Under the pieces are notes generated by a model. That model saw only the letters and a list, made by a program, of their open reading frames with translations. It had not been told where the DNA came from and searched no databases. This document shows positions 1 through 9,934 of a DNA stretch of 41,190 nucleotides, piece after piece. Location: contig NC_057750.1 of assembly GCF_004010195.1 (NCBI RefSeq), positions 13,927,518-13,968,707 of the forward strand, given 5' to 3'. Position 1 is the first letter of the stretch; every line of letters starts with the position of its first letter. A program made the translations under genes and the position numbers. Source of the DNA: Chiloscyllium plagiosum (lineage: Eukaryota).

Positions 1-221
1 TTGACCTCTTTCCACCTATCGCATTTCCAACGCCCCTCCCCCAAGTCCCTCCTCCCTACCTTTTATCTTAGCCTGCTGGACAAACTTTCCTCATTCCTGA
101 AGAAGGGTTTATGCCCGAAACGTCGATTCTCCTGTTCCCTGGATGCTGCCTGACCTGCTGCGCTTTTCCAGCAACACATTTTCAGCTCTGATCTCCAGCA
201 TCTGCAGACCTCACTTTCCCC
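1..221 (+). mobile_element. Penelope-like element terminal repeat, 3' end (family A)
   Basis: Same sequence recurs at 10192-10472, 17860-18064 and 31676-31896. The same family follows a GIY-YIG C-terminus-like coding tail at 41011-41190. Contains a hammerhead motif at 97-124. Confidence 0.85.
93..128 (+). ncRNA. Minimal hammerhead ribozyme motif (PLE family A)
   Basis: CTGAAGA (97-103), A, stem II GGGT-TTAT-GCCC, GAAAC, GTC cleavage triplet (122-124). Stem III is reduced to the palindrome ACGT. Confidence 0.7.
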
Positions 222-434
222 TATAATAATAGTGTAAGACTAATATAAGACTAATGCCTCTTTCCGTGTGAAAAGAGGGACAACTCCCATTTCAGGTGGC
301 CGATGCAGGAATAGGCAACCTCCATTGTAGATGATGCCAAGCTATCAGAGTTCGGAGAGCTCACACAGCCTAATTATCAGTCTGTAAAGGGTACCGAAGC
401 ATATTGCCTCTGGATATTGCAAATTGAAGCATGT

Positions 435-737
435 CATACAATCCCTATAGTGTGGAAACAGGCCCTTCAGCCCAAATTGACCCTCCGAAGAGTAACCCAC
501 CCATACCCATTTCCCTCTGACTAATACACCTAACACTATAGGCAATTTAGCATGACTAAATCACCTGCCCTGCGCATCTTTGGACTGCGGCAGGAAACTG
601 GAGGACCCGGAGGAAACCCACACAGACACGGGGAGAATGTGCAAACTCCACACAGACAGTCGCCCGAGGCTGGAATTGAACTTGGGACCCTGGTGCTGTG
701 AGGCAGCAGTGCTAACCACCGTGCCACCGTGCCACCC
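435..737 (-). mobile_element. HE1-type tRNA-derived V-SINE
   Basis: Minus strand starts GGGTGGCACGGTGGCACGGTGGTTAGCACTGCTGCCTCACAGC with A/B-box-like head, then the V-domain-like GAGTTTGCACATTCTCCCCGTGTCTG, then a CR1-like tail GGGCCTGTTTCCACACT. Confidence 0.9.
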
Positions 738-828
738 TGTACATATGAATGGACAGGTTACGTTTTCCACCTTGTGTACAAATCAATTTGCAAGCAAACT
801 CTGGAACAGAACCCGGGGACTGCCTGCA

Positions 829-1035
829 GCTGTAAGAGCTGGAAAGACACAGCAACAACTATAACTAGTTTGCAATTCCTTTGGTTGAATTTCTTGGTTT
901 CAATGTAAAGAAAGCTGAGTATTTGTCAGACGCATTCACACTGATACTATACAGAGACCAGCCTATTTAATAGCCAGAAGTGTCAACTTGCAAGGAAATT
1001 GTACAGGATTGTTGTGTTTTTCCAGATCTTACAGC
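829..1035. repeat. Short element with ~23-bp terminal inverted repeats, TGTAAGA...TCTTACA
   Basis: GCTGTAAGAGCTGGAAAGACACA (829-851) is the reverse complement of TGTGTTTTTCCAGATCTTACAGC (1013-1035) with 2 mismatches. Confidence 0.5.
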
Positions 1036-1337
1036 AAGTTGAATAATCGCAGTTTTCTGTTCAGAGCGAATTTCAGTGCAACTGATACAGTCATTATTGC
1101 CACAATTCTCCAAGGAGTAGCCCTCTCACCTCCACACTCACCAACTGCAACACTCTCACTGCAATTAGCAGTGATGCTCGCTGCAGACATAACCAGCAAA
1201 TCCTGGAAATGCATGGCAGGGCAAGGCAGCATCTGCAAGAGGGAGTCAGCATTAAGGTTTCAGGTCAGCGACACTTCATCAGAAATGATATGCGTTTGAA
1301 AAGTGAAATACTCTACAGAGGCAGGTACCCCGTGTTA

Positions 1338-1412
1338 TGATCAGAGTGGTGCTGGAAAAGCACGGCAGGCTAGGCAGCATCCGAGGAACAGGAAAATCGA
1401 CGTTTTGGGCAA
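1338..1412 (-). mobile_element. PLE family A terminal fragment
   Basis: GCTGGAAAAGCACGGCAGGCTAGGCAGCATCCGAGGAACAGGAAAATCGACGTTTTGGGC matches the reverse complement of about 113-185. Confidence 0.75.
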
Positions 1413-1429
1413 AAGGAGAAAAATTAAAC

Positions 1430-1542
1430 TATCCTCTTTATGTCTGTCAGTCAGGGCTCCCTGATTGGACCAGCTTAACAGCCCCAGTCAGGGAACTCTT
1501 ATTCTATGAGGTCCACCTAGTTGATCTCATTGCAATCACTAC
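1430..1542 (-). mobile_element. Probable LTR 5' fragment (LTR retrotransposon)
   Basis: Minus strand begins TGTAGTGATTG, followed by CCAATCAGGGAGCCC and a CATAAA TATA-like box. Resembles shark LTR starts from memory only. Confidence 0.4.
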
Positions 1543-1796
1543 AGAGGCAATTAGATTTGAGTGAGTAAAATAAACAGAAGGATAATAGTGGGGAAACCTG
1601 ACGGCATTAAGCAAGATGAATTGGACATAAAAATGAGAATGTTTTGATTCAGTTATACAGGCCATCAGTGAGATCCCAACTCAAATGCTTTATGCAGTTT
1701 TAGTCTGCTCTTTTAGGAAGGAAGCAATATATTGGAGTAGGTCTATGTTATCCAATGAGGATAATTGGACTGGCCACGCTTGTCTCCACTGGGGTT

Positions 1797-1892
1797 TAGA
1801 GCTGAAAATGTGTTGCTGGAAAAGCGCAGCAGGTCAGGCAGCATCCAAGGAACAGGAGAATCGACGTTTCGGGCATAAGCCCTTCTTCTCCT
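1797..1892 (-). mobile_element. PLE family A terminal fragment
   Basis: Near-identical reverse complement of about 100-190. Ends within the hammerhead core. Confidence 0.8.
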
Positions 1893-2345
1893 GAAGGATG
1901 TTGCTAGGGTTGGAGGGTTTGAGCTACAGGAAGAGGCTGAATATGCTGGGTCCATTTTCCCAGGAGCATCAGAGGCTGAGGGGTGACCTTATAGAGGTTT
2001 ATAAAATCATGAGGGGCATGGATAGGGTGAATAGTCAAGGTCTTTTCTCCCCAGGGTAGGGGAGTTCAGAACTGGAAGGTTTAAGGTGAGAGGGGAAAGA
2101 TTTTAAAGAGACCCAAGGGACAACACAGAAGGTGGTACGTGTATGGAATGAGCTGCCAGAGGAAGTGGTGGAGGCTGGTACAATTACAACATTTAAAAGG
2201 CTTCCGGATGGGTATATGAATAGGAAGGGTTTGGAGGGATATGGGCCAAATGCTGGCAAATTGGACTAGATTAGGTTAGGATATTTGGTCGGCATGGACG
2301 AGTTGGACTGAAGGGCCTGTTTCCGTGCTGTACATCTCTATGACG
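1893..2345 (+). mobile_element. CR1 LINE 3' end (5'-truncated)
   Basis: Encodes CR1 ORF2 C-terminal motifs (RLRGDLIEVYKIMRG, VWNELPEEVVEAG). 3' UTR ends GGGCCTGTTTCCGTGCTGTACATCTCTATGAC. Confidence 0.9.
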
Positions 2346-2349
2346 CTAT

Positions 2350-3571
2350 AACTGCAGGTGCTGGAAATCAAAAACAAAATCAGAAATTGCTGAGAAAACT
2401 CAGCAGGTCTGGCAGCACCTATGGAGAGAAAGCAGAGTGACCATTTCAGGTCCAGTGACTTTTCTTCACAACTGATGGTAACAAGGAAAAGGTTGATATG
2501 AAAATAGAAATTGCTGGAAAAGTTCAGCAGGTCTGGCAGCATCTGTGGAGCGAAATCAGAGTTAATGTTTAGGGTTGAGCGACCCTCCCTCAGGATTGTT
2601 TCTCATTAATAGAATTAACAGTTCTTTCGGTTTTACACATAAGGTTGGTTGATATATATGCTGAAGATGAGGTAGAGAGAGGCGGTGAGGCGTAAACAAT
2701 GGAGGGAATTGGATAAACATAAGTATGGGTAAAGGTTAGCCTGAATACCTGATAATGGGGACCGTGCTGACAATGGGCTGTTTATGGTAGCAGTCAAGAT
2801 CAGAGTGGTGCTGAAAAAGCACAGCAGGTCAGGCAGCATCCGAGGAGCAGGAACATTGACATTTCGGGCAAAAGCCCTTCATCAGGAAGCAACCCATGTG
2901 ATGACAAGGCCAGGTGTGTTGGATTAAGGACTTGGGAGAAGGTGCTTAGGCCCTAAAAGTATTGAACTCATTATTGAGTCCTGAAGGCTGCCGGGTCCCC
3001 AAGCGGAAAATGAGGAGTTGTTCTTCCAGCTTGCACAGAGCTTCGTTGGAGCACTGCGGTAAGCCTGGGACAGAGGTGTTGGCCAGGGAACACGGGGATG
3101 TGTAAAGGTGGCAGGCAACTGGAAGCTCAGGGTCCTCTTTTGCACACAGAATGTCGGTGTTCTGTGAAGCAGTTACAGTCTACGCTTCGTTTCCCCAATG
3201 TAGAGGAGAGCACAGTGTGAGCAGCGAATGCAGCAGGCTAAGTTGTCTGAGGTGCAGGTAAAGCACTGCCTCATCTGGAAGGTGTGTCTGGGACCTTGGA
3301 GAGTGAGGGGGGGTGCAGGAGGTGAACGACAGGTGCTATACCTTCTGCGGTTGCAGAGGAAGGTGCTGAGAGGCTGTGGGGGTGGGGTTGGGGGGGGGGG
3401 GGGGGTGCCGCTGCTGGGAGTGGAGGAAGAGTGGACCAAAGTATCCTGAGGCAACAGTTCCTGTGGAAGGCTGACAGCGAGGAAAGGGAGTATGTGTCTG
3501 GTGGTGACATCCTGCTGGAGATGACGAAAATGGTGGTTAATGATCCCCCTGAATGTGGAACTGACTCCCAC
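2350..3571 (-). mobile_element. Degenerate Penelope-like element: GIY-YIG endonuclease region plus partly tandem terminal repeats
   Basis: ORF 3173-3571 ends FTCTSDNLACCIRCSHCALLYIGETKRRL (CxxC + YIG, GIY-YIG). The terminal repeat is duplicated at about 2350-2475 and 2500-2600. A family A fragment is nested at about 2795-2887. Confidence 0.8.
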
Positions 3572-3715
3572 TGACTCGCACAGTTACACCCTCACACCCT
3601 GCATCCTGTAAAGTTACCATGCCATCCTCCCAGTTCCTCTGTCTCCGTCGCACGTGTTCTGATGACGCCAACTTCAACAAGGGGGCCTCCAAAATGTCCA
3701 CTGTCTTCCTCAAAC
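3572..3715 (+). mobile_element. Inverted PLE RT C-terminal (thumb) fragment
   Basis: Plus strand encodes SHPASCKVTMPSSQFLCLRRTCSDDANF, homologous to SHQISCKNSILFSQFLRLHYICSDEETF in ORF 38791-39564. Confidence 0.7.
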
Positions 3716-3939
3716 AATGTTTGTGAGAGATAGATCAAGTCAATATCATTGTTTATTTCCACTGAGTGCCAATAATTAACTTTCTTTATTTTAAACCCAC
3801 AAAGGCTTGCTGCTGAATTAAATAGACAATCACTCAGAAAACACTTGCTTCTAATTTGCAAAAGGTTTTGAATCATGGAAAGCAAAGGGAAAACGTTAAT
3901 TCTGTTGTGTTGAGCCATGTGCGATTGTTAGCACCTACC

Positions 3940-4105
3940 TGAGAGGGGAGAGAGGCTTCAGTTTAGTCTCTATGTTGAACAGGCTGAATTTCCCACAATG
4001 CAGCATTCCCTCAGTGTCATGGTGAACTATCAGCGACTGGAATGGAGCTTGTACCCACAGCCTTCAACCTCAGAAACTGCAGTGCTGCCACTAAACCAGA
4101 CTGCC
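3940..4105 (-). mobile_element. Old tRNA-derived SINE with Deu-domain-like core (SacSINE1/AmnSINE-like), degenerate
   Basis: GCAGCATTCCCTCAGTG...GAGCTTGTACCCACAGCCTTCAACCTCAGA...GTGCTGCCACT resembles the DeuSINE head and core. Related to 12975-13215 and 32882-33115. Confidence 0.5.
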
Positions 4106-4255
4106 AGAGTCCATCACCAGATCAGTACAGTAACCTTCCTCATTTACTGCTGCTGTGCCAAACTGCTATGTATTCTCCCTACTATTGCCACTAACTTAAA
4201 ACACTTAAAGTCACATTGCTGAAAATGATCAGAATTTCTACTCACCAGAAGCTGC

Positions 4256-5310
4256 TGCTGAATTTTGCCAGCTTGGAGTCTGGTAGGTTGGCAATATGAC
4301 CTTGGAAGGGGGTGGTCTACCTCTCACCTTCCCTTTGCCGTGCCACATTGCCAATGGTGGGAAAGCTGGCAATACAGCCTATTTCTATGCAGGCAATCGG
4401 GCAACGCTGTTGGTATTTTGCCACCTGCCGGGACCCAGTCATTGGCAATCTCCTGAGGGCTCAGGCTGGGGAGAGGTTGACCTGATTTTCTCACGCTCTC
4501 TGACCTGTGGAGGGGAGGCCATTGCCAACTCCCACGCCTGTTGCTGGAGCCTGTTCGACAGTCCCTGTTGTGCCCCAGATGCCACTTCCCCAAATTTGAG
4601 TACCAACCCTCCCCCCTCATCGTGTACTCCCTCAGCCCCCGAACCCCAATTTGGGCGCAACTCCAATGATGGCCACCATTCGCGGTGGCACTGTTGAAGA
4701 AGCTGACCGCCTGCCTTCTGACTGGGCCATCTTGAGGGGCTCACCATCATTCTGAATGAGGTGGCGTCTCCAGTGCCAGTGGTTTCAGATTAAATTAGAT
4801 TCCCTACAGTGTGGAAACAGGCCCTGCAGCCCAACAAGTCCACACCGACCCTCCGAAGAGCAACCCACCCAGACCCATTCGCCTACATTTACCCCTGACT
4901 AACGCACCTAACATTATGGGCAATTTAGCATGGCCAATTCACCTGACCCGCACATCTTTGGACTGTGGGAGGAAACCGGAGCACCCGGAGGAAACCCACG
5001 CAGACACGGGGAGAATGTGCAAACTCCATCACAGACACTCGCCCGAGGCTGGAATTGAACCCGGGTCCCTGGTGCTGTGAGGCAGCAGGGCTAATCACTG
5101 TGCCACCGTGCCGCCCTAAATTGGCCTTCCGTTGGCGAAAGTGCCACCACGTGCCAGAAGCCTGGTTGTCTGCCATTTCAGGGACAGGGAGAGAAGTCAC
5201 GGACACCAGTGCTGCTCCTGGCATGGGCTCTGAGCCCCCAACCTGGGCCTTCATTACCGGGCCCTGATGCAGCCCCTCGATGCCAGGTCCTGCCCCGTAA
5301 ATTCCAGCCT
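4256..5310. mobile_element. Possible non-autonomous DNA transposon remnant, interrupted by a SINE
   Basis: GC-rich non-coding block with loosely inverted ends, GCTGAATTTT (4257) and GTAAATTCCAGCC (5297-5309). The left end is degenerate. Confidence 0.3.
4787..5117 (-). mobile_element. HE1-type V-SINE, full length
   Basis: Starts GGGCGGCACGGTGGCACAGTG on the minus strand, has the V-domain, and ends in a GGGAATCTAAT-type tail. Confidence 0.92.
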
Positions 5311-5981
5311 TAGGCGTGCGACAGATGGAAAATAACAAACCACCCAGCGATCCACTGAAAGAATTACCAAGCCGGAAAGAAATGCTTGTCGTCATGGCAT
5401 CAGAAAAAATCTGAATGGCTCATCGAGTCCACAAACTAACAAAACCTTCAACATTCCCTCGCGATGAAGGGACCGGCAGGAAGTGCAATCAGGGACTTCA
5501 AAAGCACGGCCTCATCTGAAGGGAGCCTGCAACTTAATGAAGCCCATGAGCTGGGAAAGATGAGAACACCCTCATCTGACACTTCGAGCCCCCCTGCGCG
5601 TGGTTTCCTTTGTTTTGGTTTCAATGCTTTTGGAAAGTTAACGCAGATTTGGGCTTCCCATCAGGCCTCCAAGTTTATTGTTGATTGGCTAATTGGTACC
5701 AATTGTCTGACTCGCCTCCTGTGAAGCTAAGATGAAAGATTGGTGTTTACACAGCACTTTGCATGGCCTGAGGGCAGGGATTCACACACCATTAACTACT
5801 TTCAAAGCGTAATCACTGTTGCTACATGGGCAGCAACCGAAGCAAAGCACTCTGAGGTGGTAGCGACCCTACCTCTGAATTAGAAGGTCTGAGTTTAAGT
5901 GTGAACAGGTTGATTAATAAAGAATTATAACTGAGGCTGGCACTGTAGTGCTGCACTCTTTCAGGGTAATGTTAGACAGAG

Positions 5982-6959
5982 TACAAGATGGACCGGGTCC
6001 AAAGGGACCTGATGTATAAAGATCTGGGCAATGGGGGAAAAATCACACCCAATGCCACCCTCACCCTGATGGCCACCTTTGTGTGTGGCTGCATCAAGCT
6101 GTGCGTGGATCCCCGGTACGCAAACATCAAGTGTCACTAGGTACTGAGGTTCTACCTGTCCCCGGTGTTGCAAAGGATGGGCCTGGCCTCGCTGCCGCGG
6201 AACGCTCCGAGTAGTTGGACCGTTCCATATCACCTGTCCTTCGTGGAGAAGTTTATGAAGAAAAACACCTTTGACCACAAGTCCAACAGGAAGTGGTCAG
6301 CACGTAGTGTCCTTGAGACCCTACGGGAAAAGGAGAGGGCGGATCCTATCGAGAGGTGCCCTGAGCAGACTGTCAAAGCCATTTGGCAGAATGCCTCATC
6401 GCCAGAACTTTCCAACAAGCACCAAGACATGGCTTGGCTGGTGGTGAGAAGAGTTCTGCCTGTGAGATCCTTTATGCACCTCCGGACTCTCAGCCGCACC
6501 GCACGCTGCCCGGGACGCACACCGAGACGAACATCAACTGCGCCTGGAGGATCATCAACTCGGTGAAGGACGCTCTCTGGGTGGTCCGAAACCTGTTGAT
6601 CTTCCAGCTGAAGGAGTTGACCCCGACTGAGTGTTACAGACTGGCACATTCCAAGGTCCAGGGCTACCTGTTGAGGGACGCGCTGAAGCTTGGGGCAGCT
6701 GCCGCCAAGGCGCGGTGGGGAAAGACCACCGAGTAACATCTGCCTGCCCAAGAAGAACAGGGGACCCACCCAGTCATCTGGGCTCCGCTGGCGCCTCAGC
6801 AGAAGAGCTGGATAGTAAATGGACAGACTTGTATATAGGCAAAATAAATTTAAATGTCTGTATGTAAAGCAATGTAATGTGTGCACAAGAATGTCATGAC
6901 CGATTGTATAGAGATCCAAATAGTTTTATGAATAAAGTATATTTTTGAAATAAAAAAAA
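5982..6959 (+). mobile_element. 5'-truncated Tx1/L1-clade LINE (ORF2 C-terminus, 3' UTR, poly-A)
   Basis: Peptides ...MYKDLGNGG... and WQNASSPELSNKHQDMAWLVVRRVLPVR...ARCP / KDALWVVRNLLIFQ...W, typical of the Tx1-type C-terminal region. Internal stop and frame switch. Stop at 6736, AATAAA at 6931, A-tail at about 6948-6959. Confidence 0.8.
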
Positions 6960-7249
6960 GTTATAGAAATGGAGCAGCCTAGAAATTGTACAAGCGCAGA
7001 AGGAGGCCGTTCAGCCCATCATCGACCAAGACAGAGCCATCCAGGCCTGGTCCATGTTCAGGCTAAGTGCCTCTTTTTGAATAATTGTGACCTGGTTTTC
7101 TGGATCTGCCACTCTTTGAAGTAACATTCACAGCATCTTTCACACATGAACCATTTCCCTCAATTTCTCCAGAACATCAGAAACATGAGCAGAGTAGGTC
7201 ACCAGCCCCTCAGGATTGCTCCCATCGTTCTCAGAGATCATGACTGACC

Positions 7250-7855
7250 TACCCCTGCAGTGCACCTCCCACCAGGCAGCTGGTGTGCCCAAGCCGAGCT
7301 CTGGCAGTGGGCTGCATCGCGACGGCATCGAGTCCGGAGTGGGAATCTGCAAGGGGAGGGGGAGGGGCAGGGCCAACAGGGCGACAGGGCGGAGCAGTGG
7401 GGAGGGCCCAGCACAGGCCTGGCTGGTGGCAGGAGCCAGCCACAAAGCGGTGGTCAGGGCCGAAGCCTTGTGAGTTGGGGCAGGGCGAAGCCTGGTGTGC
7501 CTGAGGGAGTGACGAAGGCAGCTGGCGAGCACGGGCAGGTTATCGCCCACCGCAGGGGAGAGTGAACCCTCATGGGGAAAACCCAGCTTGGGACATCTAA
7601 AGGCCCATGCCTTATGAGAGGACTGTAATGTTTGTTTTTTTAACATTACTTCTTTATTTTGCTACTTTTACACTAAGAAGACTATAGTGCTGAACTCTTT
7701 AACTTATTACTTTATTATTCTACTCCTGTAACTATGATTTTGTAGCGAGGTACTCTGTACCTAAGATGGCGCACGTGCACCAACAGCATACACTTTTCAC
7801 TGTCCTCTTGTACCCTGTACTTGAGTACACGTGACAATAGAACCTAAATCTAATG
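7250..7855 (+). mobile_element. Non-autonomous retroposon with GC-rich body and Rex1/Babar-like 3' tail
   Basis: Ends CTTTTCACTGT...GTACACGTGACAATAGAACCTAAATCTAA, like the Rex tail at 17395-17452. The AT-rich part recurs at 23985-24480. Confidence 0.55.
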
Positions 7856-8004
7856 TAACTCAATTCTTTAGTTTGCTGAGCGTTCAAAAGCTTACGGAAT
7901 AATTTCTTGCATATATCTGACAATGGAGCTCCTCCAGGGTGCTTTCGATGGAGACCTGGTGAGATGCGACAGTTGAGGTAACTTCTGAAATTGTGGCTCA
8001 GTTG

Positions 8005-8178
8005 TGAGATGGTGACTTAAAAGTCATCTGGATGGGTACATGAATAGGAAGGGTTTGGAGGGAAATGGGCCGGATGCTGGGCAAATGGGACCGGATTAGG
8101 TTAGGATATCTGGTTGGCGTGGACGGGTTGGGCCAAAGGGTCTTTTCCTTGCTGTACATGTAGATGCCTCTATGACTC
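8005..8178 (+). mobile_element. CR1 3' tail fragment
   Basis: Matches 2190-2345 (ATCTGGATGGGTACATGAATAGGAAGGGTTTGGAGGG...CTCTATGACTC). Confidence 0.85.
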
Positions 8179-8644
8179 CTTATTCCCAAGCCCTGGGGGG
8201 ACATTTTCTCAGCACCGACTCTATGAAGCCCCAAAAGAATTTGCTACATTTTAATGAGATGTCTTCTCATTATTCTAAATGACATAAAAGTCCTGTTCTC
8301 TCAACCTTTCCTCACGGGAGAATCTCCTGAGCTACACTCCCACCAGGATAAGTATCCCTTTGGTCCCAAAGCTGTTCACTGTACTTCAAGTGTTGCCTCA
8401 CTATAATTACAGTAAAATGGGTTTACTCTTGTATTCAAGTCCCTGTGTAGAAAAGCTAAAGTATCATTGACCTTCTTCACTGCTTGTTGAACCGCATATT
8501 AACTTTCTGTGATTCATTGACAAGCTCCCCTGAGTTTCAACATTTTCTAATTCTCTTCCCATTAAGCCCACACACTCCCTGGTTATTAACTTCCCTGCTC
8601 AGGAAACTGGGTCTTCATTATGTACTCTGCCTGGTCTAGTGGTC

Positions 8645-9570
8645 AGAGATTCACAGAGTTGTACTGCATGGAAACATGCAACTTGCCCGTGCTAACCAGG
8701 TATCCTAAATTAATCTACTCTCATCTGCCAGCGTTTGGCCCATATCCCTCTAAACCCTCCTTTCTCGTGTACCCATCCAGATGCCTTTGAAATGTGGCAA
8801 TTGTACCAGCCTCCACCACTTGCTCTGCCAGCTTATTTTATGTTCCCCGCACCTCAGGAAGGACATACTGGCACCGGAGTGTGTCCAGCAGAGATTCACA
8901 CGGATGATCCCTGGAATGGTAGGCCTAACATACGATGAACAGCTGAGGATCCTGGGATTGTATTAATTAGAGTTTAGAAGGTTGAGGGGAGATCTAATAG
9001 AAACTTACAGGATAATGCATGGCTCAGAAAGGGTGAACACTGGGAAGTTGTTTCCTTTAGGCGGGGAGACTAGGGCCCGTGGGCACAGCCTTAGAATGAG
9101 AGGGGGTCAATTTAGAATGGAAATGAGGAGACATTTCCTCAGCCAGAGAGTGGTGGGCCTGTGGAATTCATTGCCACGGAGCGCAGTGGAGGCCGGGACG
9201 TTAAATGTCTTCAATGCAGAGATTGATAAATTCTAGATCTCACAAGGAATTTAGGGATACAGGGAGAGTGCGGGTAAGTGGAGTTGAAATGCCCATCAGC
9301 CATGATTGAATGGCGGAGTGGACTCGATGGGCTGAATGGCCTTACTTCCACTCCTATGTTTTATGGTCTTATATGTGCACTACCCTCTGTGTGAGTAAGT
9401 TGTCCCTTTTCCCTGTTCCCCCCTCACCTAAAACCTACATCCTCTAGTTTTAGATTCCCCTACCCTGGGAAAAAGCTCTTGACTGTTCACCCTATCCATG
9501 CCCCTCATGACTTTATAAACCTCTATAAAGTCACCCCTCAGATGCTCCAGGGAAAATAGCTCCAGCTTCT
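8645..9570 (-). mobile_element. CR1 3' end split by another CR1
   Basis: 8645-8845 and 9373-9570 join into one continuous reverse-complement CR1 3' end. Confidence 0.8.
8851..9372 (+). mobile_element. CR1 3' end, second subfamily, nested
   Basis: PHLRKDILAPECVQQRFTRMIPG and RGDLIETYRIMHG...WNSLPRSAVEAG. Tail is CCTATGTTTTATGGTCTTAT. Confidence 0.9.
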
Positions 9571-9934
9571 CCCTGTACCTCAGAATCAACTAAATCTTCT
9601 GTTCTGAGAAGGTAACCCCAGCTAGTCCTATCTTTCCTCAGAGCTAACAGTTTGCCATTGCTAGTAACATCCTTGTAAATTTCCTCTCCACACCTCGAGT
9701 GTGGATTTACATCCTTCCTGATATACAGTGACCAGAGCTGTACTGTGGTTTCACACATGTTCTGTCATAAGCTCCCTGATTTGATGTTTCATTCTTCAGC
9801 TCATAAAGGGACATATCACGTATGCCTTTTTAATCACCTTGTACACCTATCTAACTGCATTCAAGGATGCACCACACATGACCCTTTACCTCCTCTACAT
9901 CTCTCAGATTTTTAAAAAGTTGCATCAAGGAATG

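Noticed and set aside
435..737. tRNA genes at SINE heads
   Set aside because: The tRNA-like A/B boxes continue into SINE bodies and LINE-like tails, and no complete cloverleaf is evident.
1142..1202. Possible 61-nt minus-strand exon with a GTGAGT donor
   Set aside because: The acceptor lies in a decayed PLE-type terminal repeat and the peptide is unrecognisable.
3378..3406. Poly-G run (also 16644-16662) as a functional G-quadruplex
   Set aside because: Simple homopolymer expansions of uncertain length; the first lies inside a decayed PLE.
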